A stretch of DNA of 64,000 nucleotides, from assembly GCA_965227295.1 (NCBI GenBank), contig OZ245742.1:1056001-1120000 (forward strand). Reading direction: 5' to 3'. Positions 59,981 through 64,000 of the stretch are shown here, in pieces. The notes under the pieces were generated by a model that was not told where the DNA came from, made no database searches, and worked only from the letters and a program-made list of their open reading frames with translations. Every line of letters begins with the position of its first letter. Position 1 is the stretch's first letter. Both the position numbers and the translations under genes were made by a program. Origin of the DNA: Leptonemataceae bacterium. GTDB taxonomy: Bacteria > Spirochaetota > Leptospiria > Leptospirales > Leptonemataceae.

Positions 59981-60684
59981 CGGTCACGCAAACATACATT
60001 CAACGTTCATTAGTAATCGCCACGATTACGGCCGTGACCTGGCTCGCCCCTTCCGGCAATGCACGCCTGGCCGGAGCCGGCGGTGTTACGATTAGCGAAC
60101 CCCGCGGCGGATTCACCACGAAGCAAACCCAGCGCGTCGCCGGCACCATCGCGGGGAACGTGGATCGGGCCACCGTCGTGGTGAACGGCATCCCCCAGGA
60201 CGTGCCGGTGCGCAACGGTCGTTACGGCGTGAATGTCGTCGTCGCGCCGGGGACGAACATCGTCGAAGTCCGCTCCGGCGCCGGGCGAGACAGCACGTCT
60301 TTTTACGCTAAGGTACCGCGACGGGATATTAAGATTGTCCTCACCTGGGACGACGCACGTTACGTGGACCTCTGGGTCACCGATCCTAAAGGAGAACGCT
60401 GCTACTGGCGACAGCCCACGACATCGAGCGGCGGCAACCTCATCGCCAACGACGAGACCGGCTTCGGACCGCAAATCTTCACAATGGAAAAGGCCCTGCC
60501 CGGTCAGTACAGCATCGACGTGCAGTACTACAGCAAAGGCTTCGCCCCGGTGTCCCGCGTGAAGATCTACGCCGTCCTCTACGAAGGAACGCCCCGGGAA
60601 AAGCGCATGCGCTGGGACTTTGTAATGACAAAGGCCATGTCCGTCTTCCACATCGCGGAGTTCGAAATCGAAAACATTCGGTAG
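59977..60684 (+). CDS. YfaP/DUF2135-like exported protein, copy 1
   Basis: VVNGIP, IKIVLTWD, VDLWVTDP, GFGPQIF; ATGA overlap with the macroglobulin gene. Confidence 0.82.
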   Translation: MTVTQTYIQRSLVIATITAVTWLAPSGNARLAGAGGVTISEPRGGFTTKQTQRVAGTIAGNVDRATVVVNGIPQDVPVRNGRYGVNVVVAPGTNIVEVRSGAGRDSTSFYAKVPRRDIKIVLTWDDARYVDLWVTDPKGERCYWRQPTTSSGGNLIANDETGFGPQIFTMEKALPGQYSIDVQYYSKGFAPVSRVKIYAVLYEGTPREKRMRWDFVMTKAMSVFHIAEFEIENIR

Positions 60685-60689
60685 TCCCT

Positions 60690-61364
60690 GTGAAATCCTT
60701 AATCTACACTCTCTGCATCTTAACGCTGCTCGCATTCGCAGCACCGCTTTCCGCAGCGCGCGTGATCATCGAAACGCCGCGCGGCGGCCACACGCAAAAA
60801 CGCGTTCAAATCATCACCGGACGCGTCGAGGGTTTCGGCGGCGAACGCGCCACCCTCGTGGTCAACGGCATTTCTCAGGGCCTGCGACTGAACAACGGTC
60901 GCTTCTCCCGCGAGATCATCGTGGCACCCGGGACGAACGTCATCGAGGTGGCGGCGGGCGCGGCGCGGGACCGCGTCTCGTTTTACGCCGACGTGCCGAA
61001 GCGGGACGTGAAAATCGTACTGACCTGGGATACACCGACGGACGTGGACCTCTGGGTTATCGATCCCACCGGCGAGAAGTGTTATTACGTGAACAAGTCC
61101 ACGAAATCCGGCGGCAACCTGGATGTGGACATCACCGACGGCTACGGCCCCGAAACGTTCACCATGGCGAAGGCCCTGCCCGGGGAGTTCAACGTGCAGG
61201 TGCAATACTACGGCTCGTACGGCGCCCCGCTGACCCGCGTGCGTGTGGACGTCGTGCTGCACGAGGGCACACCGCGCGAAGAACGCAAGCAGTTCAACTT
61301 TGTGATGACCCGGGAACACCAGGTCTATCAAATCGCGCGGTTTAACATCGACATTGCCGACTAA
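60690..61364 (+). CDS. YfaP/DUF2135-like exported protein, copy 2
   Basis: IVLTWDTPTDVDLWVIDP, GGNLDVDITDGYGPETF, EGTPREER; clear paralogue of the upstream gene. Confidence 0.88.
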   Translation: MKSLIYTLCILTLLAFAAPLSAARVIIETPRGGHTQKRVQIITGRVEGFGGERATLVVNGISQGLRLNNGRFSREIIVAPGTNVIEVAAGAARDRVSFYADVPKRDVKIVLTWDTPTDVDLWVIDPTGEKCYYVNKSTKSGGNLDVDITDGYGPETFTMAKALPGEFNVQVQYYGSYGAPLTRVRVDVVLHEGTPREERKQFNFVMTREHQVYQIARFNIDIAD

Positions 61365-61371
61365 CTTTGTC

Positions 61372-62796
61372 TCACGAAGAACTACGGACCTGCCGTCGGC
61401 GTTTCCAGAAGCCGTAACCGATCATGCCCACGGCAAACGTTCCGGTTAACGCGAACGCCGGGAACACACCGACGGCGTACGCCTCCCGGCCGAAGTCGGG
61501 AAGCGCACGGTAAAAAAACCACACCAACACCAGCGGCACCAACGGATACACGTAGCCGAACATTATACGCGTGAGCCGGGAGTCGTCGCCCGGGTCCACC
61601 GCTGGACGAATCTTTTGCAACACGGCGCTGCGTTTCTGTAAAAACGGAAACTCCACGAATACGTACGATAGCAGCGCGTAAATCAGCGTTACCGCCACCG
61701 CCGCTGCCGCGAGCAATGCAAAGCTGACCCAGTTTGCGCCCGGAACATAGAGGCCCGCGAGAATTCCCATGCCGAGACCGGAGGCCATGAAGTGCCAGAG
61801 GTACATGCTGTAACTCAATCGCGCGATGGGCCGCCAGAACGAGAAACCCAGCAACCGCGCCACCAACGTCCGCGCATCGAAAGCGAGCACCAGAATAAGC
61901 GCCCATCCGATGTTGTAACAATTGTAGCGCAGAACGTTATAAAAAAACGCGCGCGGTTCGAAGACCGTGAGATGACCCGCGGCCAGTAAAGCCAGCGCAA
62001 CCACCGGCAAAACCAGGCGCGCTCCGAACGAAAGCAGCAACGGCCTACCGCTCGCACGATTCGGAAACAATTCCGAAAGCACGATCCCCGCGATCAGCGA
62101 ATCCGCACGGCAGTGCGTCGGATAATAGACCAGCACAAAGTGATCGTGGGAGCTTTCCACGAACGGCAACACGTACCAGCGCGCGAGGAGCGGCCCGAGA
62201 TACAGCCCCGCGAGTAACATCAGCCGCGTGTACCTTTGCAGCGGATACATCACAAAGTGCGCGAAAAACGGTAAAATTAAGTAAAAGTGCTCTTCCACGG
62301 CCAACGACCAACCGTGCACAATGCTGCCTTCCGAGGTATAGTTTGTGATATAAAAGGCGTCGTGAGGAAACTTTGCCGCGAGTCCGAAGAAGACGTAGTC
62401 CAGGCCCGCCTGGTCGCTCACGCCGAAGCCGCCCAGCAGAAACTTAAACGTAAGCAGAAAGTTGATCGCGAGAAAAAAATAGTACGCCGGAAAGATGCGC
62501 ATGCTCCGCGAAATAAAGAACACCCGAAAATCGACACGACCGAGCTTCGCGTAGGCCTTGCGCAGGCCGGCCGCAATCAAATAGCCGCTGAGCACAAAGA
62601 ATAAATCCAAAAACGACGCGATGTTGCCGAACACGGCGTGAACGAACCACGGCGCTTCCGGCAGAATCGACATATCCTTCATGCCGTGCCAGACGTGGCC
62701 GGCGATAACGATCATGGTACCCGCGGCCCGTACGCCGTTCAGCCCCGGGATCTCATCCCGGGCCGGCAAAAATAACGAACGCAAAGCAGAGAGCAT
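61372..62796 (-). CDS. Acyltransferase 3 family (OafA-like) membrane acyltransferase
   Basis: LNGVRA, DLFFVLSGYLI, RIFPAY, WSLAVEEHFY, SYSMYLWH, YVFVEFP. Confidence 0.92.
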   Translation of the reverse strand: MLSALRSLFLPARDEIPGLNGVRAAGTMIVIAGHVWHGMKDMSILPEAPWFVHAVFGNIASFLDLFFVLSGYLIAAGLRKAYAKLGRVDFRVFFISRSMRIFPAYYFFLAINFLLTFKFLLGGFGVSDQAGLDYVFFGLAAKFPHDAFYITNYTSEGSIVHGWSLAVEEHFYLILPFFAHFVMYPLQRYTRLMLLAGLYLGPLLARWYVLPFVESSHDHFVLVYYPTHCRADSLIAGIVLSELFPNRASGRPLLLSFGARLVLPVVALALLAAGHLTVFEPRAFFYNVLRYNCYNIGWALILVLAFDARTLVARLLGFSFWRPIARLSYSMYLWHFMASGLGMGILAGLYVPGANWVSFALLAAAAVAVTLIYALLSYVFVEFPFLQKRSAVLQKIRPAVDPGDDSRLTRIMFGYVYPLVPLVLVWFFYRALPDFGREAYAVGVFPAFALTGTFAVGMIGYGFWKRRRQVRSSS

Positions 62797-62818
62797 CTAA
62801 ACTTACGCAGCCAGGACG

Positions 62819-64000
62819 TTAGCGCGGCGGATCCAGCCGATAGACCTTGCCCGCGCCGAAGTCGCCGACGTAGAGTTCACCGTTCCGGTCCTGGCCGAAC
62901 GTGGAAAGCAACATCGGCCACTTCCCCAGCGCATGCACCGCACCATCCGGCACCCGGTCGCCATCGGCAGGAATTTCCAGCGCCCAGATGCGACCGGTGA
63001 TGAAATCCCCGAAGACGTACTTCCCTCTCAGTGCGGGAATGCGTTCCCCGCTGTACACAAAACCGCCGGTGATCGACTTGCCGTCGGTACGACCATACTG
63101 ATAGATCGGCGGTGCGAAACCATCCGCGCAGTTTTCTTTCGGTTCGAAGCAGGCGAACCCCTCACGTACGTTCCAGCCGTAGTTCTGACCCGCTTCAATG
63201 ACGTTAATTTCTTCGAACGAATTCTGACCCACGTCCGCCACGATCAAACGACCGCGCGGATCAAAACTGTACCGCCACGGATTGCGCAGCCCCACGGCAA
63301 AAGCTTCCGGCGCGGCCAAGTCTCCCGGGAAAGGATTATCCTCCGGAATCGCGTAGGCCCGGCCGCCTTCGCTGCGGTCCACATCGATCCGTAACATACT
63401 CCCGAGTAAAGTTTGCGGATTTTGTCCGTTCCCCTCAGGATCGCCGGCCCAACCGCCGTCGCCCCAGCCGATATAGAGCATGCCGTCCGGCCCGAAAGCC
63501 AGTCCGCCGGCGTTGTGGTTTTGATATGGTTGCGCGACTTCCATGATCAACCGTTCGTTGCCGATCCGCGAAGCCGCGGCCGGATCCGCGACGACCCATT
63601 CAGCGACGCGACTGATGTCCGCCCCGTCTTTCTCTAAAGTATAGTTCAGATACAGTTTACCGTTTTGGGCATAGCGCGGATGAAAGGCAAGCCCCAGGAG
63701 GCCCTGTTCCGAAGTGGTGGTGACTTTCAGTTCCAGAAGAACGCGCGATTCCCCACTACGCAATTCGAAGACGTGCAGCCGGCCCATCTTTGTTAAAACG
63801 AACATCAGCGAGCGAGCGCCCGGGGGAAACTGGATGTCCGTGATCTGAGTCAGGCCCGCGGCCACTTCGGTAAAACTCACGGGAATGCGTTCACGATTCT
63901 CGTCCAGATCCGTGAACACCGGGCTCAGTTCCGCGGGATTGCCCTCGGCCTCGTAACCCGGCTCTCCGCCGACGAGATCGATGGCGGCTCGCCGCAAACC
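62819..64000 (-). CDS. PQQ-dependent glucose/sorbosone dehydrogenase family protein, 5' end outside the window
   Basis: EQGLLGLAFHP, NHNAGGLAFGPDG, GDGG, GLRNPWRYSFD, DVGQ, NYGW, SITGG. Confidence 0.92.
   Translation of the reverse strand, partial: GLRRAAIDLVGGEPGYEAEGNPAELSPVFTDLDENRERIPVSFTEVAAGLTQITDIQFPPGARSLMFVLTKMGRLHVFELRSGESRVLLELKVTTTSEQGLLGLAFHPRYAQNGKLYLNYTLEKDGADISRVAEWVVADPAAASRIGNERLIMEVAQPYQNHNAGGLAFGPDGMLYIGWGDGGWAGDPEGNGQNPQTLLGSMLRIDVDRSEGGRAYAIPEDNPFPGDLAAPEAFAVGLRNPWRYSFDPRGRLIVADVGQNSFEEINVIEAGQNYGWNVREGFACFEPKENCADGFAPPIYQYGRTDGKSITGGFVYSGERIPALRGKYVFGDFITGRIWALEIPADGDRVPDGAVHALGKWPMLLSTFGQDRNGELYVGDFGAGKVYRLDPPR

Overview
High-GC bacterial chromosomal segment of mostly housekeeping and envelope genes. 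Protein style (7TM-DISM and HAMP SpoIIE phosphatases, a degenerate EAL protein, a Cys-rich protein, Asp-type MurA, fused BC-BCCP) suggests a Leptospirales/Leptospiraceae-like spirochaete; this is inference, no search was run. Recognisable genes: prfB, ftsI, lepB, xseA, queE-queD-queC, kdsB, gyrA, carD with PIN/TRAM, thiD, murA, lipB, truD, an Hrq1/MrfA-type helicase, an alpha-2-macroglobulin with two YfaP-like genes, tRNA-Ile2(CAT) and tRNA-Phe(GAA). I found no CRISPR array, transposase, integrase or prophage. Unexplained items most worth checking: three intergenic long-stem RNA candidates (17291-17477, 39017-39116, 48519-48662); an orphan kinase plus degenerate WGR-like gene beside the first candidate; a TetR locus with a double palindromic operator between a lipoprotein-like haloalkane dehalogenase and an exported 6x16-aa Cys-repeat protein; a roughly 500-bp mosaic of four gene fragments; an inverted REP-like pair; and a thioester-intact macroglobulin in a yfaP-type operon. 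Many starts were reassigned by eye from the ORF track and are approximate.
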